A DNA stretch of 63,971 nt, counting the filler, from Catajapyx aquilonaris (Eukaryota): the NCBI GenBank assembly GCA_000934665.2. It is 4 parts of 4 records of this genome, joined end to end, with 100 filler letters (N's around TTAATTAATTAA, not from the genome) between each part and the next. Parts side by side here need not be neighbours in the genome. Positions count along the whole stretch, not along the records: positions 16,309 to 32,113 come from JYFJ02007387.1; positions 32,214 to 48,040 come from JYFJ02007388.1; 2 more parts are not named here. One strand, written 5' to 3'. Below the pieces are notes generated by a model. That model ran no database searches. It was not told where the DNA came from and worked only from the letters and a program-made list of their open reading frames with translations. This document shows positions 25,737 to 38,800 of this stretch, piece by piece (positions within the stretch are counted from its first letter, which is position 1; the number at the start of each line of letters is the position of its first letter). Position numbers and translations under genes: made by a program.

Positions 25737-26608
25737 CACTGAAAAAAAATATATTGTTGACAGAACCAAAATATGGTTCATGGAACCAAATTTGGAGGGT
25801 TAATATACAACAGTCTATCAAAATTTCGGTTGAAGTAACCAAACAAAATAGGTCGTCGCATTTTGTCTAGGTAACCAAAATATTGGTTCTTCTGACGTGT
25901 TTCTCCTAACCAAGTTTTCGGTTGTGGTAACGAACACATTGGTTATGATAATTATCATCATCGCCTATAACTGACACACATCTGGCGGAAAGTAATCACC
26001 TCCTGAACATGAGAGGCTGCCCGTAATACAATCGCAAAGCACGGCCCAGGTAATAGCTTCCGTAGACAGCTACTGTAAAAGCTGATCCCCCACAGTGGGT
26101 ACTTATGGTACAGTCGCTCAAGAGTCATTCACCAATGTATACAGTCGAATTACTTGTACTCCGTACCTACACTGGAGGGGGTTAGCCCCAGCATAGCATG
26201 TCAGTTTAATAGCTTCTCTCAATTGCAGAGACCCCAATCCTTCACACTTGCGTTTAAACACTAGTAGTCATAGAATCTCTGTAACGTCCCAAAGAAGCCC
26301 ATCCACTCCTACCTGGAACAGGTGAGCACTCAACCACCCGATGGACATTATGTCTCTGTCAGGTGGCCCCAAGGGCTTGGTTATGATATCATCATCGCCT
26401 ATAACTGACAAACATCTGGTGGAAAGTAATCACCCGTTCACCTGGCCTGAACATGAGAGGCTGCCCCCAATGCAATCGCAACCAATTTTTTTTGTTTCGC
26501 CAACCGCGTGATTTTGGTTCTGCCAAGTGCAGTTTTGGTTGAATCGACCCTTTAGCACTCTACCAATTTTTTTTGGTTCTGTCAACAATATATATTTTTT
26601 TTTCAGTG
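25737..26608. mobile_element. Non-autonomous CACT-terminated (CMC/EnSpm-like) element with an internal ~90-bp direct repeat
   Basis: TIR CACTGAAAAAAAATATATTGTTGACAGAACCAAAA and its inverse ending at 26608, with TT on both flanks. Internal repeats at ~25941-26030 and ~26379-26470. Confidence 0.75.
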
Positions 26609-26864
26609 TTCGATTGCAGAAAAACAGTTTAATGAGAGTCCCTTTTTCGACCTGCAACTAGAGTTAACGGGGTCTTAATTTTGGTTTTTAAGAAATGTTT
26701 GATGACCAAAAATAGTTGTAAAATTATTGTCTATCATATTTGGTAGTTTTATTTAAAGTTACATGATAAAAATGCCCTACTCAGTTATTATAGACTACAG
26801 GACATCCCAGAATTGACCTGAGACAAAAAAATGCGTAGCTTTTTTAAAATTTTCTTAAAATTTC

Positions 26865-26865
<1 letters not shown>

Positions 26866-26922
<57 letters not shown>
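26866..26922. repeat. (AAT)n microsatellite
   Basis: Perfect AAT run. Confidence 0.95.
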
Positions 26923-26925
<3 letters not shown>

Positions 26926-28451
26926 CATAACAGCAATATACAGTATAGCAATGATAGCCATAAATAATAATGGCCTCCCATTAAAGATTAAAACAATGAA
27001 AAACTTGATTTTTAACATTGTGTCTATTCATCCCACGGTAGGTATAAAAAAACCAGCATTGTTTGAGCAAATAAATAGATTTTTAAAGTCCAGCAATTTC
27101 AAATTTAGTCACCTCAAGTTGCTGCATTCCTGCCTCTTGTGTATTCACAAAAACGATCAGCCTAACCACCTGATGGAATCAACAAACACAGTTTGTAGGA
27201 TTTTAAAAACATTATGCCACAACAACAGCTGTTTCTCATCGTGCTGATCAAAAACGCAATCAATCAATTTTTAACAATAATTATCATGACTATGACTATG
27301 ATAGAGACAGGACATCCCTTAACTCTTGCAAAAACCATATAGGCTATATACGAGGGCGAGTAAAAGCAAGATGGGAGTGATTATCTTGTCAACTTTTGTA
27401 GCATCTGGTTGAGTTTTCAGAATGGTTGTTTGAAGATTGCGACCTTGCCGACAGATGGTCGCAAAGAAGGAGAACAATGGCCCACCCCCACCCTTCCACC
27501 CCCTGGGATCTTTACGCCGGAATCGCGGTGTCTCCCACATGTATGCCCCTGCAAGTCACGTGACGCCTGTAAACATGGCGGCCGGTAAAGGGGCCCTATA
27601 TCTAAAGGAGAAGTCCATCGTGGTGAACTGGCGTATCGGCTCTTTAATCGGCGGACTCACCCCTCCAGATATCACTTGCAAAGCCTGGTATCCGTGACGC
27701 AATGGGCTCTAACAGCCAATCCCGGAACAGGCTTCTCGCGCGGGTTGCATGTGAGGTGTGTGTAGGTGGGGGCAAGGGTGGGGGTGGGGGTTTCTCTGTC
27801 AGGTTGGGGGGTAGGGTGGCAATCATCGGCGTAGGGCCCTAGGTGCGCAATGTGAACCATGTGGCCGGCGGGCGGTGCATATCCTTCCCGACTATACAAT
27901 GAGCATCCAAACTGGCCCTCGGGCTGCCCCTGGGTGCACCCCACACCATTGCATAGCATTCGGTTGGGGATGTGATGATAAATCCGACATTACAGAACTG
28001 AGAACGCACATTCAAAGCGGCCCCGGGGCCGCCCCGGGGCCGCCCACAGCCACGATCCGTCCCGGTCCTCACTCCACACGATTTCATTGCATTTGGTTGG
28101 TGAGGCGATGAAAAATCCCACCTGACGGAAGCCACATCCGAAAAGGCCCCCGGGCCGCCCCAAGCCCCATGCCTCCCCCGGGCACTCTCCCCCGCAACCT
28201 GAAGCAAACCTTGCCCCACCAAAACTCCCTGGGGGCCTGAAAAAGCCCAGGGCCAACACTCCCATAAGTCCTACGGAATCTGGAGAGGTCCCGTGGATTT
28301 ACAGGATGTTTTCAATCGCGCGCCTCCTGTAACTTTTCACCACGGTGGCGTCCGTCGTCCGTATGGGAGTTACGTCACAATTTATGCCCCTGCAGACTTA
28401 CGCGAGCCACCACAATTCCGGCCTTACACTACTCAAACCTGCCTGCCGTGA

Positions 28452-28668
28452 GAATGATACGTCACAGATGGTCCCACTTTGTCATCCCAAGCGCCGTTTT
28501 GAACGATACGTCACATAGGGCACGTTCGCATTCTCCTCATGGCTACCGGTGACCTCACTGATTTCTGTAACCGGATGGATTGGGCGGAATACGGGCACCG
28601 CGCCGAAGGCGCGCAAGTGGGGCGCCGGGAGGGGGGGGGGCGGAGCCCCACCGGCTCTCAAAGCGAGT
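28452..28668. repeat. Second copy (inverted) of the 9494-9712 repeat end; probably the end of a GC-rich element extending left towards ~27350
   Basis: Reverse-complement match to 9494-9712. Confidence 0.75.
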
Positions 28669-28789
28669 TTATAGATATGGAGACAAGATATTATTATTTG
28701 TTCTACATACCGGTACTTAAAGTTAGTTTGAGAAAATCAAAAATTGCCTTATCAGTTATCAACCAAGGTATCCCAGGTAGCAAGTTATA

Positions 28790-28935
28790 TTGGGCCAATA
28801 TTGGCTTTATTGGCACCACATTGGCAATATTGCCACTATCTAGCCAATATATTGGATATATCGGCGCTACATTGGCAATATTACCACTATTTAGCCAATA
28901 TAGTGGATATATCGGCGCCACATTGGCAATATTGG
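28790..28935. repeat. 51-bp minisatellite (about 2.7 units)
   Basis: ACATTGGCAATATT recurs with a 51-bp period and produces the repeated YIGATLAILPL peptide in the ORF track. Confidence 0.8.
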
Positions 28936-30223
28936 GTGCAATGTGGGGGGATGTGGGGCAGCTTCACGCGTCCAGATGGCGCTGCCTGTCGGTGTACCGT
29001 TGCAAGTCTTCTCCGATTTATCCCACAACAATGCGAATTAATTTTGGCCATGACACGTGTGCAAAAGTGGCAGGAGACTCCACTGCATGCGGCTCATTTA
29101 CCCCCGAGGTACTTCATTGTGACATTAATTTGCTAGAGTCATTCGATGGCAATGCTGTTTGTTGCGAGCAGGACAATCCACGGTATGGAAAGGCGGCTTT
29201 TTCCTTCGAAGGCACAACAAGAAGAGCCATACAAGCGGGGCACCTCTGGACTTATCTTTGAAAACCAACCAACCAACCATGCGAAGAAACGAATAATAAA
29301 AAGCGAAAAAGTCACTTCCCCATCCCCAGTTAGGAAACCCATGTGGGTCCAAAACAAAGGATTGTTACCTGAGATATATCGTATGTCAATAGGGCGATTC
29401 CAGGACAGTTCATGCAAAATAAAATGGAAAGTTCACCCTCTATTTTTTAATGTTAATGAAATTTGGTACGATAATTCTCCAATAGGAATAGAGCACATAT
29501 CAATTTTCTTTACATAAATACGTTCACTAGGTCGCACGTAATTAAATGGGCAAAAACCCGTAAAAGTTGCAAACACGTCGACAAATGACCCTATATCTCG
29601 TTAACTGCGTTGCCCACCGTTACATGTGATGTATGTACGTGTTGGGCAAGATGGAAGGATTTCGATCATTGAATTTTCAAATTTTTTGAATCGAAATGAC
29701 GGCATGTTATGTAGAGTTCAAAGTTTAAAAACGAAATATTCGCTATCGCGACGCCTCCTTCGGCTTTTAAAAAATATGTCCCGTAATACGTACTGGATTC
29801 TTCATTTTTCTCCGATTTTTCCGGAGTGGGCCCTCCATTAGTTCCGGCGTAATAAAATTAAACAGATCGGTCATGCGAAGGGTATAGCCTGGGTGACGTC
29901 ACGCCTGGGATGGATGAATGCAAGGGTTGGCATTACGGTGCTTTTTGGTTGCCGGTTGACCTTGAAGAGTACGCATTATGAACTTCTAATACCCTTCAAT
30001 CAGTCTGCAAACCCTTAAAAAGGCACCTGTTATTGCCCTGGAAAATAATGTGAATAAAAATAATGAAAGTTTTCCGGACTTGCAACGTGAACTTGGACTT
30101 AGGGAGACTGAAAGTGCATTGATATCCCCATCGTATGGCCCTGCCAGCACTCCGAGTTATGGAGAACTTCGAGTTATAGAAATTCGAGTTAGGGAAGTTT
30201 ATTTCCTATTTACATTGTGACCA

Positions 30224-30488
30224 TGGTGTCCGACTGCTAATCGGGAGGTCCTGGGTTCGAATCCCGGAGGCCGGCGACCCTGACCATGGTTTTCTGTGGT
30301 TTCCCATGGGCCTTGCAGGATAATTCCGGGGTCGTTACCGTAATATAGGCCACAGCCGCCTCCTTCCTTCCCTTTCCCTGCTTCATTCCGGTGATGAGAA
30401 AAATAGTAAAAATGGAAGAGTTCCAGACAAAAAAAATGGGAGAAATCTCCCCCTAGGAAAGCCCCGTAGGCTGATAATGGGGTATCAA

Positions 30489-30535
<47 letters not shown>
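30224..30535 (+). mobile_element. 5'-truncated tRNA-derived SINE with a Nin/Deu-like central domain and (ATT)n tail, inserted into a pogo/Tigger-like MITE fragment (~30150-30622)
   Basis: B box GGTTCGAATCC; body GGTTTTCTGTGGTTTCCC...AGGCCACAGCCGCCTCCTTCC; 17-bp TSD TATTTACATTGTGACCA (30207-30223, 30533-30549). An uninterrupted host copy lies at 52383-52520. Confidence 0.88.
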
Positions 30536-30536
<1 letters not shown>

Positions 30537-31233
30537 TACATTGTGACCAACCAAGCTCATCATTTTCTTCGACTTATAGAGAACTTCGACTTAGGGAAGT
30601 TCGACTTATAGAAGTTTTACTGTGGTTAAGGTTCCAGGTGAAGGGTCATCTGGTTCTGAGGCCTCTTTTCCCCTCTTTTGGCAAGAACTGCAGTAGACGT
30701 AGGGTATTTAACAGACTTCGGAGGGTTCCGATGAGACCGACAATACGGTACTGTATTTATCGATAGGACCCGTCGCAAGGCACCACGAAAGACAAAAAAT
30801 AGCATTATTTTATGGTCGTGTTTGGACTCAAAAGTGTGGAAGTGTTGTGCTTATGTTCAGATTGTGTTGCTATCATCATATTTTTCACAATTTGTCAATT
30901 TAAAATTTTTATTACATCATTTTCAAACCGGTGTTAGCGTAAATCGGCGTAAAATGGAGCGGTGTAAAACGGGTACCTTACTGTATTTGATAATTGGACG
31001 GTGTTATGCAATAATGCGTCAACCCACATGAAAAGTGTTTTGAGAAAATGGGCTTTGAAGGTCATACCTGTGAAATTATCTACGCATATGTAAGGCAAAA
31101 AAATTTGTTTGCCTGTGGCAACAGAATTTTGTTGGTGATTACCGTAGAAACAGGCCTATAAATGGTTTCAAATTTTACACTTCCCCCAATTTTTTAATCC
31201 AAATTTCTCATGTCCCCTCCCCCCAATGTATCT

Positions 31234-31370
31234 CCACCTTGCCGTGGTGGTGGGCTTTTGTTTACCCATGATCCTGAAGAGCTATGCCGGCGGTAGTTTC
31301 ATCTACTGACTACTGGTAGGGCCGCCCAAGTCGGACAGGTCTTTGGGATAGGAGACAGGCTAAGAGAGTC
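31234..31370 (+). mobile_element. Isolated 5'-UTR fragment of an RTE-clade retrotransposon
   Basis: CCACCTTGCCGTGGTGG...ATGATCCTGAAGAGCTATGCCGG...GGTAGGGCCGCCCAAGTCGGACAGGTC resembles the conserved 5' end of RTE elements (BovB/Expander type). Recognised from memory, not by search. Confidence 0.6.
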
Positions 31371-31879
31371 TTTCCTCTCTTCTTTTTCCTCTTTGTTTTT
31401 CTCTCCATCTGTCCCACCTTTTTGTATTCTGATAACCACTTAGCCATAGTTGCGTGGCTCTTTATTACGCAAACAAACCAGAATTTTTACACCCTTCCAG
31501 TGCCTGCAAAATTATGCAAGGGAATGAGAAGTTTTGCATTTAATGTTGCCTGAGATCTGAGATTTCGGTGTAATTATACACGCTCTTTTTTTCCCCGTGC
31601 GAAGAACGGGTACCGCTGCTAGTAGAATATAGAATATAGGTTATAGACGTTAGGCCTATTATGGATTTGTGGGTTTCCTCAAAATTTTCTAAAACTCGTC
31701 GGAAAATTCGGGGGGCCCTTTGCTCGGGGGCCCTGGGGCAGTCGCCCCACCTGCCCCTATGGTAGTTACGCCACTGATCTCGAGGTTGTTTGCGAAAGTA
31801 AATATATTAGTTGGCAGGGGAGTGAAAAAGAAAGTGATGAAAACAAAGAGAAATGGGTAAAAACGAGGGGAAAAAAGTA

Positions 31880-31950
31880 ACTCGACGGGGTTTGAACCCA
31901 CGACCCTATGATTTATAGTCCCTAACCCTAACCACTACGCTACGACGCCA
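31880..31950 (-). pseudogene. tRNA-like pseudogene / SINE head
   Basis: Minus strand GGCGTCGTAGCGTAGTGGTTAG...GTGGGTTCAAACCCC has A and B boxes, but the anticodon and acceptor stems pair poorly. Confidence 0.6.
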
Positions 31951-32113
31951 TTCATGTCTGGATTCGTTTCGAACCGGTCTCTTATGTAGGCGAGCGGTCA
32001 CTGGAGGAAAAGACACTTATTTAAGGTGGAAATGAAGCGACTTGCTAATCAAATGAGAGTCTAGAATTGGAATGTTAATAAGAAGGGCTAAAATCAGGGA
32101 AACATACGCGACC

Positions 32114-32213
32114 NNNNNNNNNNNNNNNNNNNNNNNNNNNNNNNNNNNNNNNNNNNNTTAATTAATTAANNNNNNNNNNNNNNNNNNNNNNNNNNNNNNN
32201 NNNNNNNNNNNNN
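32114..32213. other. Artificial contig linker / assembly gap
   Basis: 44 N + TTAATTAATTAA + 44 N. Confidence 0.98.
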
Positions 32214-32633
32214 GGGGGAGCTAACCAGATTTTCGGCACAATGCCAGGCTTCCTGGCTGTTACATTTTATTGCACGCAAACTGTATATCAACCACGGACA
32301 GTTCTAGTCTGTTGAAGGTATGTGGAAAAAAAGTGAGCATATCCTATGGTAATCAAGTGGAATTTAAATCCCTTCAATGGATATGGGCAAGAACATAATA
32401 TGAAACGACAAGACGATATTGTCAAAACCAACATATTATCATAATTTTTTTTTTGCAAATAACAAAAAAAAACATCGTGCCCACATCACACATAATGTAA
32501 TAAATGTGGCATTTGGGTTAATCCGCGCTGCGGTTCATTCGATGTAAATAGGGGATAACCGTGCATTAACAAATTGAATTGCACGTGACTCGTGAATAAA
32601 CACTGTTTGTCACTTGCAAGTGCGACGGATCTA

Positions 32634-32812
32634 CAGGGTGGTACAGCACTAAAATCACCAGGCGGATTATCGAAATTACAGGGTGTTCCAATGCTGATTT
32701 GAGCTAATATATTTATTTTTAATAAGTTAACTTTTAGTGTGGTTATGCTGCTAATATTAGGTCGAATTAAACCTAACTTTTGATTCCTGAATTTGGGCAG
32801 TCCACCACCCTG
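32634..32812. mobile_element. Small Tc1/mariner-type MITE
   Basis: TA|CAGGGTGGT ... ACCACCCTG|TA: inverted ends with a TA target duplication. Confidence 0.65.
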
Positions 32813-35800
32813 TAGATGCACACGCGCACATTGCACCCCTCCCTTTCCGCAAAAAAAATGCATCAGTGACGGTGGGTGCACACGATGTGTCAAAAACAAC
32901 CGAAAATATCGATTAGTCATTTCTCACTCGGTCCGTCATTAACCTGTTTGAGCAGTGGTTATGGGTGAGGGCCTCTCTCTCTCTCTCTCTCGGCAAGCAA
33001 GCAAACCCATGGGTGGAAAAGAGAGGAGTAGGGTTAGGGGAGCAATCCACAGCTCGTTTGTCTTGAGCACTTAAAGCCCGTCACCATTTTCCATGATGGC
33101 CTGTAAAACAATGACCCTCGGGCTTCCACATCGGAGCAAAAGGGAACACCCTCTCTTTTGAGCAGGCTTCTGGGCTCATCTTCAAGCCTAGACCCGCCTG
33201 AATCCTTTGCGAAAAGCATATCGGTAAGCCTTTCGCCTTAATTTGCCGACATAAATCTCCTGGCTGTCATAGAGCGCTGGTGAGAGAAAATACATCCGAA
33301 AACACAACAACCCCAAGCCTGGGTTCAATCGTGGGGGTGCAGCAATCCCCCTCCTCTAAAACTGAAACCTCCCCCCCCCCCAGCGGGATCTTCCTCGTAT
33401 TGACTCGCTTTTCACTCGTGGCCGAGGCGTATGATTAGGACTTCAATTTAGAAAGGGGATAATTAATTACAGAGTATAGTAAACCAATCGATTTTGCATT
33501 ACCGCCCCCATCCTATATAACCCGCGCCGCCCAACCAAACTTTCCTGTGATGAATCTTCTCTCCGTTTTCAATATCGAATCTGGAAGGGGCTTCTATGCA
33601 AGGGAGAGAAAAACCTGTTTTCTGAAAGGGAAAATGGTGAGGGAGTTTATCTTTTTTTAAAACAAAAACACGGTTTATGAGCTGGTAATGATGCTTTGCC
33701 TTAATTGCGATATTAGAGATACTCAACTTGTGAAATAATAATTGATGACTGAGCCTGCAAGTCATTTACACAGCACCAAGGGCAGGACTTGGATATGGCG
33801 TGGGTTAGTTTGAAATGTGCGAGAAGAAGCCGGCTGCACATTTTAATTCGGGTGAAGCGGTACATATACAGTGTAATTATAAAAGTTCAGCTGCATTTCT
33901 GGAAAGTTGGACAATCTGACAAAAAAAACTATGGAGAATAGTTGTTTTTTTTGTTTAGAAACCCCTCGTACATGCCTATAGGTACTAAACTGTGCTGTCC
34001 ATGGGTTTAGATTATCTGGAATTGTTAATGTTTACACTTGCGACGTATAATAATTAATAACGTGCAATTAAGTGACGTGCACCGTAAACCAATTGCTTTC
34101 ACAATTACGTTGAGTGGCTCTACTGATCCAAGTGACAATGTACTTATAGAAATTGCAATATTTCCATAATAAAAATACGGTTCTTGCATCAAATGGACAG
34201 TAATCAGTTCTTTGTCGTGCTTCTAAGAATAGTTTGTGCGTGTTGTTCCAGCATGCTCTAAACTGCTTATCTCTGACCCAGATTTGTCATCAGGATGTGA
34301 CGCCATGTAGTGTTATCCAGTGTTTTAAAAGCCCCCCCCCCCTTTTTTTAAAAAAAAAATTTACAACGTTGAAACTCATCCCTAGTCTGCTGCTGGTACT
34401 ACTCTTTCTGCTCTGGAGCCCTAACCCTGCTAATGCTTGCTTTCAGTCAAAACGTTTTCCCAGCTCGTGGTTTCAGAACATACCCAGCTTAACTCTCATG
34501 ATTCCGAACCCTCCCATTTTTTTCCCCAGGGGTGTGGAGGGGTGAGGGAGGGTTGGATCAAGAGAGGGCTTTTGTACTCTTTTTGGCCTTTTTTTTCCTT
34601 TCCACCTCTCCATTCATGGCGCCCCTCCCGATTGTTTGCCCGTTTGTTTTTACTCGCTGTTCATTCATCTGGCGAGTATGCTTTAGCAGTTTAGCTTAAT
34701 TCCTGGAGTTGAACCGTGTTGGACCAGGCCTGGGGGCACTCTGGAACTCCACTAATGAAAATGTGATCCGGCTGATGGCAGCTCAGATACTCCAAAACAC
34801 TGCCATCAAACGCTGGCGCGCGTGTAACAACCCGAATTCTTTGACAGACTCTTTGTTTATTAATTGATATTTTTTTTGGAGGGGGTATTCATAAGTGTCC
34901 ACTAGACCACGTTTTATGGCCGGTTCGTGGTAAGTGCTGCTCTAACTTACGAGATGCCTTGTCGAGTGGGTTCATATAATTAACGTGAATTAATAAGCCC
35001 AGGTATGCTAAGTGAAGTACAGTCCTGTAGCCTGGAATGTTACGCGGTATCAACTGAGCAAACATCGGAGATTGCTTATACCTGATCTAGTGCAATTGTT
35101 GTTTTTTTTTGTCAATGCAGTTCTGTTAGAAAATGTTTACCTTGAGCTGCTTTGACTTGCGACATCACTCAAGGTTTTATGGTCATGTTTACGATAAACA
35201 TATTTCTGGCTTCTATTTCTGGCGCATATTTTGCTTGCTGAATGTGTTGTTATTAAGGTAACACCTTTTCTCTGACAAGACTTTGTACGCAAGTTACCTT
35301 TTTACAGTAACACAGAATTGAGGAGCCAATAGCAAAGAAGTGCAGTACACTTATAAGTAGGCTCCTTAGCCATAAGCGTACGAAACATACTGCAAAAATA
35401 TAGCCATCATTATCGTTGAACAACAACAATAATAAAATTAATTAATGATCATGGTGGTGGTGGCGATGGAAAAAAAATTGTAATGCTTTGCTAAAAATGT
35501 TATTTTTGCAAATGCCACGCTTCCTGTTTGCATTTAGGGAAAGAGCACTTGTTTACACTTTTTGCAAATAGTGTGCCTGTTGTATGAGCATAAATTATGA
35601 ACAATATTCTGATTATTAATAATTGCAGATCGTGTATCTACATACAATCACATATTTATCTTACACAACGAGCACTTTTTTCCTCATGTGAATTGCTCCA
35701 ACAGATCCCTTTCTTTCCTGCACATTTCCAAACAAAAAAAAAACTTCTCCTCTTTCCTCCCCTGGCAATGCGACCCTTCCGCCGGACAAGAGAGGCATAT

Positions 35801-38800
35801 AGGTTTCGGACGTTCCAGGATAAAACTTTGGTGTTAGTAAAAACTTCCAAACGACGCCACTTATACATGGCAGAAGTTGTCGAACATGGCAAGCACGCTT
35901 TTACTCCCCAGTCTCTCTCTCTCCATCCCCTTATATTGGTCGCCTTGAAAGGCAGGCATGGGGGGCAGGTTTTGCCCCTGGCAACAGGGGCTCCCCGAGA
36001 GAAGGAGAGATGAAGGCAGTGTATAGTTCGGGGTTGGGTATAGGGTGGTGGTGGTGGGGTGGATATCATTAAGCCTTGTGCTGGGCTAGATGGAGGGTAT
36101 AGAGATGGGGGAGGGAGACCTCTGGTGAAGTGTGAAATCGGACGGAGACCGCCAGCTACGAGATGAAGAGGCTGGCAAGCGGGATCTGACGACCGTTCAA
36201 AATCGAAAGACGGATCTGTCCCCATTTGAATAATTTATTGCCGAATTTTTTTTTCTTTTTAAAACCAAACCCATGTTTCACAGGCTGTCATTTTTTCCTC
36301 CATATTTGTATACATAGTCCAGCCCCCTGATTGTGTGTCTTGCAAATTATCGGGACCATTTTATTAGTGCAATGTACAGTTGCTAACGATCTCCAAATGC
36401 AGTAAATGCGGGACATAAATACGGGAAATTCTGTTTAATTCGGTGTAACAACATGTGCTGCAATAATAGCGTTGTTATCAACGTGTTTGCGCTAAAGAGG
36501 GGGTTGGCATTGTTGGAGGGCAATTAGGGAGACTGCATTTTTTGGTGTGTATTTTATATGCGTATATGTCGAGTACGTTCAACGCTCCAACCTGACATAT
36601 TACACGTAAAACAGTAATAAAGTATTAGGGGCCAAAAGGTTACTTGTTAGTGTAATTGGTAGGCAGATATCAAGAAAGCACAGTTTTGTTAGGCACGAAT
36701 AATATTGTGCATAAAATTATTACAAGAACAGCTAATTTTTATTTGTTTATTTATTTTATACCCTATATTCACATGAATCCAACAGGCCGTTTATGTGGAT
36801 TTTATATTATCGAAATAAATTTACCATATACGGTACATGATTAAAATAACTAAATTGTTTGTTTGCTTGTTTACCCTTGTTAGATGCCCTGATGGACTTG
36901 TGGGAGATACACCAAAATGCCGAATTTTTGCTACTATAACGGGCAGTTTTGCTGTCCATAATAATATTAACAATATTATGACGTTGGTTTTGTCACACAG
37001 CAAAATATTATTCACATTTATAATAAACCTCTGGTGAAAATGACCAAAACCGTACATGACAATTTATGATTTGTAAATATGTAAATATGAGAATTTTGGC
37101 TTCACACTGTTATGTATTTTTTTTGCATGCCGTTATGAAGCGGAGTCTTGTCTCACATATTATTCCTTACAATTGTGCTTGAAAGCAGTACAGTATCACA
37201 TGAAAGCAATAATTCGCCACTTCATAGTAACATCTCGATTGTGTATGGCTTCTTGTAGTAAGCTGGCTCTTTATACGCTGCGATTCTTGAGATTTGGCAG
37301 CGTTTGGTCCTGTGTTTTGTTATGCCGAACAAAAGGAGAAGAGTGAACGCTACCAAGATGGATGGGGTTTTCTTGATGTCTCTTTTGAGAGACATATTTT
37401 AGTACAAAATCGTTTATTTCCTAGAGAGAATCCTTCTCTTTCAGGAGCCCGTTTTGCGTACCTTTTCAGGCCCTCGGCTTATATTGTGCGCCCTTTCAAA
37501 AGCGAGATCTGTGCTTTTCATAAATTACACGGATGGGTTTATGGTAAGAAGTCAATGCGGGGATTCCGGGAAATGGAAATTCCATAGTTGGCAAGTCCTT
37601 ATGAAAATAGCGGTCCATTGTGTAAAAATCACACCGGACATGAAATTTTCTAATGCTCAAAAAAAAAGGTCTCAGCACTGAAATACATTTTATACAGTAT
37701 GCACTGCGCGAGTGGAAAAGAAACTTTTGTGCAGCTTATTTTCCATCCTCTTGGGGGTGTATACCCATTGCATGTTGTAAGCTATTTTTGAGACCTGACG
37801 ACAAAAATAAATTTCATAAAAATAACTCATGCAGCTCAAATGAGGGGCACCACAATTACACAGCATTTTTCTATAGGAGTAATAGTTGTATAGCATTAAA
37901 TCACGGTCATTTTTTCCCTTCATTATTTGAGTGTAGTTTACTACCAATGGGTGGAAAATCCAAACTTCCTATTGGTGAGTTGGAAGCCTTTAAATCAGAA
38001 AAAAAACACGCCACAAAATTGATACATCTTCTCTCTCTCACTCCAATAGTGATTCCGGTATTGGCAAAATGTTTCACGCGCACTTTTCAATGAAGCCTGG
38101 CCCCCCTGAAGCCGTATTATTGGTGTAGTTTTCAAATCCTGGTGACACCATTGTCAGGTTCGTTTACAGTGTGGTTCTCTCTGTATCATTTACAACCCCC
38201 CGCTATACAAATCCTGCAACATGTAACCGGAGACCAGTAAACAAAATCTACGTATACGGGCAAGTGCACCCAATTCATATACTTGCATACAAGGCTTCAC
38301 CGCAATAATGCAAAAATTTGCAGAGAAATTCAAACCGGTTCGGTGTCTATTTTTCATAAATATTTATTACTTAGATACAGTGCAATTCATATACGAACAG
38401 TGCTGGAGATTAATTGAGGCGTTGGCATTGGTCACAAAAAAATAATTGCACGGGCCTAGGGGGAAAAACGGTTTTGAAAACACTGAAAATTGTATTATTC
38501 AAAAGCTTTCATATTGTTAGATTTTGTTTAAATAAAAGTCATAAAAAGTAAAAGCATTTTATGAGTTTAACATTTAAATGTAGGCTACTTTTTATTTTTC
38601 TGGATGAGACATGTTTCGCTTTGTGACTTACGCCCTATCCCATGACAACACCTTAATTGGGTCGTACTGGTGGCATCACGAGCCTCTGGCGGCGAAAGAG
38701 CGACCAATACATTGGTTCGATTCTCTCTTTTGCCGCCACGGGCTCGTTGCGCCACCAGTACGACACCATTCATTTCAGCCACTGCATATTCCTATCAAGA

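Noticed and set aside
9494..28668. 19-kb giant element bounded by ~220-bp inverted repeats
   Set aside because: The two arms straddle a contig linker; two copies of a dispersed repeat is the simpler reading.
28539..29261. Longest ORF in the track (240 aa)
   Set aside because: It is made of a repeat end, a 51-bp minisatellite and unrelated sequence, with no recognisable domain.
32626..32639. 14-nt perfect complement of miR-10 (CGGATCTACAGGGT)
   Set aside because: The match stops at 14 nt, there is no pre-miRNA hairpin, and it overlaps the TA+CAGGGTG terminus of a mariner-type MITE.
34234..34545. WFQN motif suggesting a homeobox
   Set aside because: No RR/K after WFQN and no helix 1-2 residues; chance match.
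34773..34808. Short hairpin containing a miR-34-like seed (TGGCAGTGT, minus strand)
   Set aside because: The stem is only about 9 bp and the rest of the mature sequence does not match.
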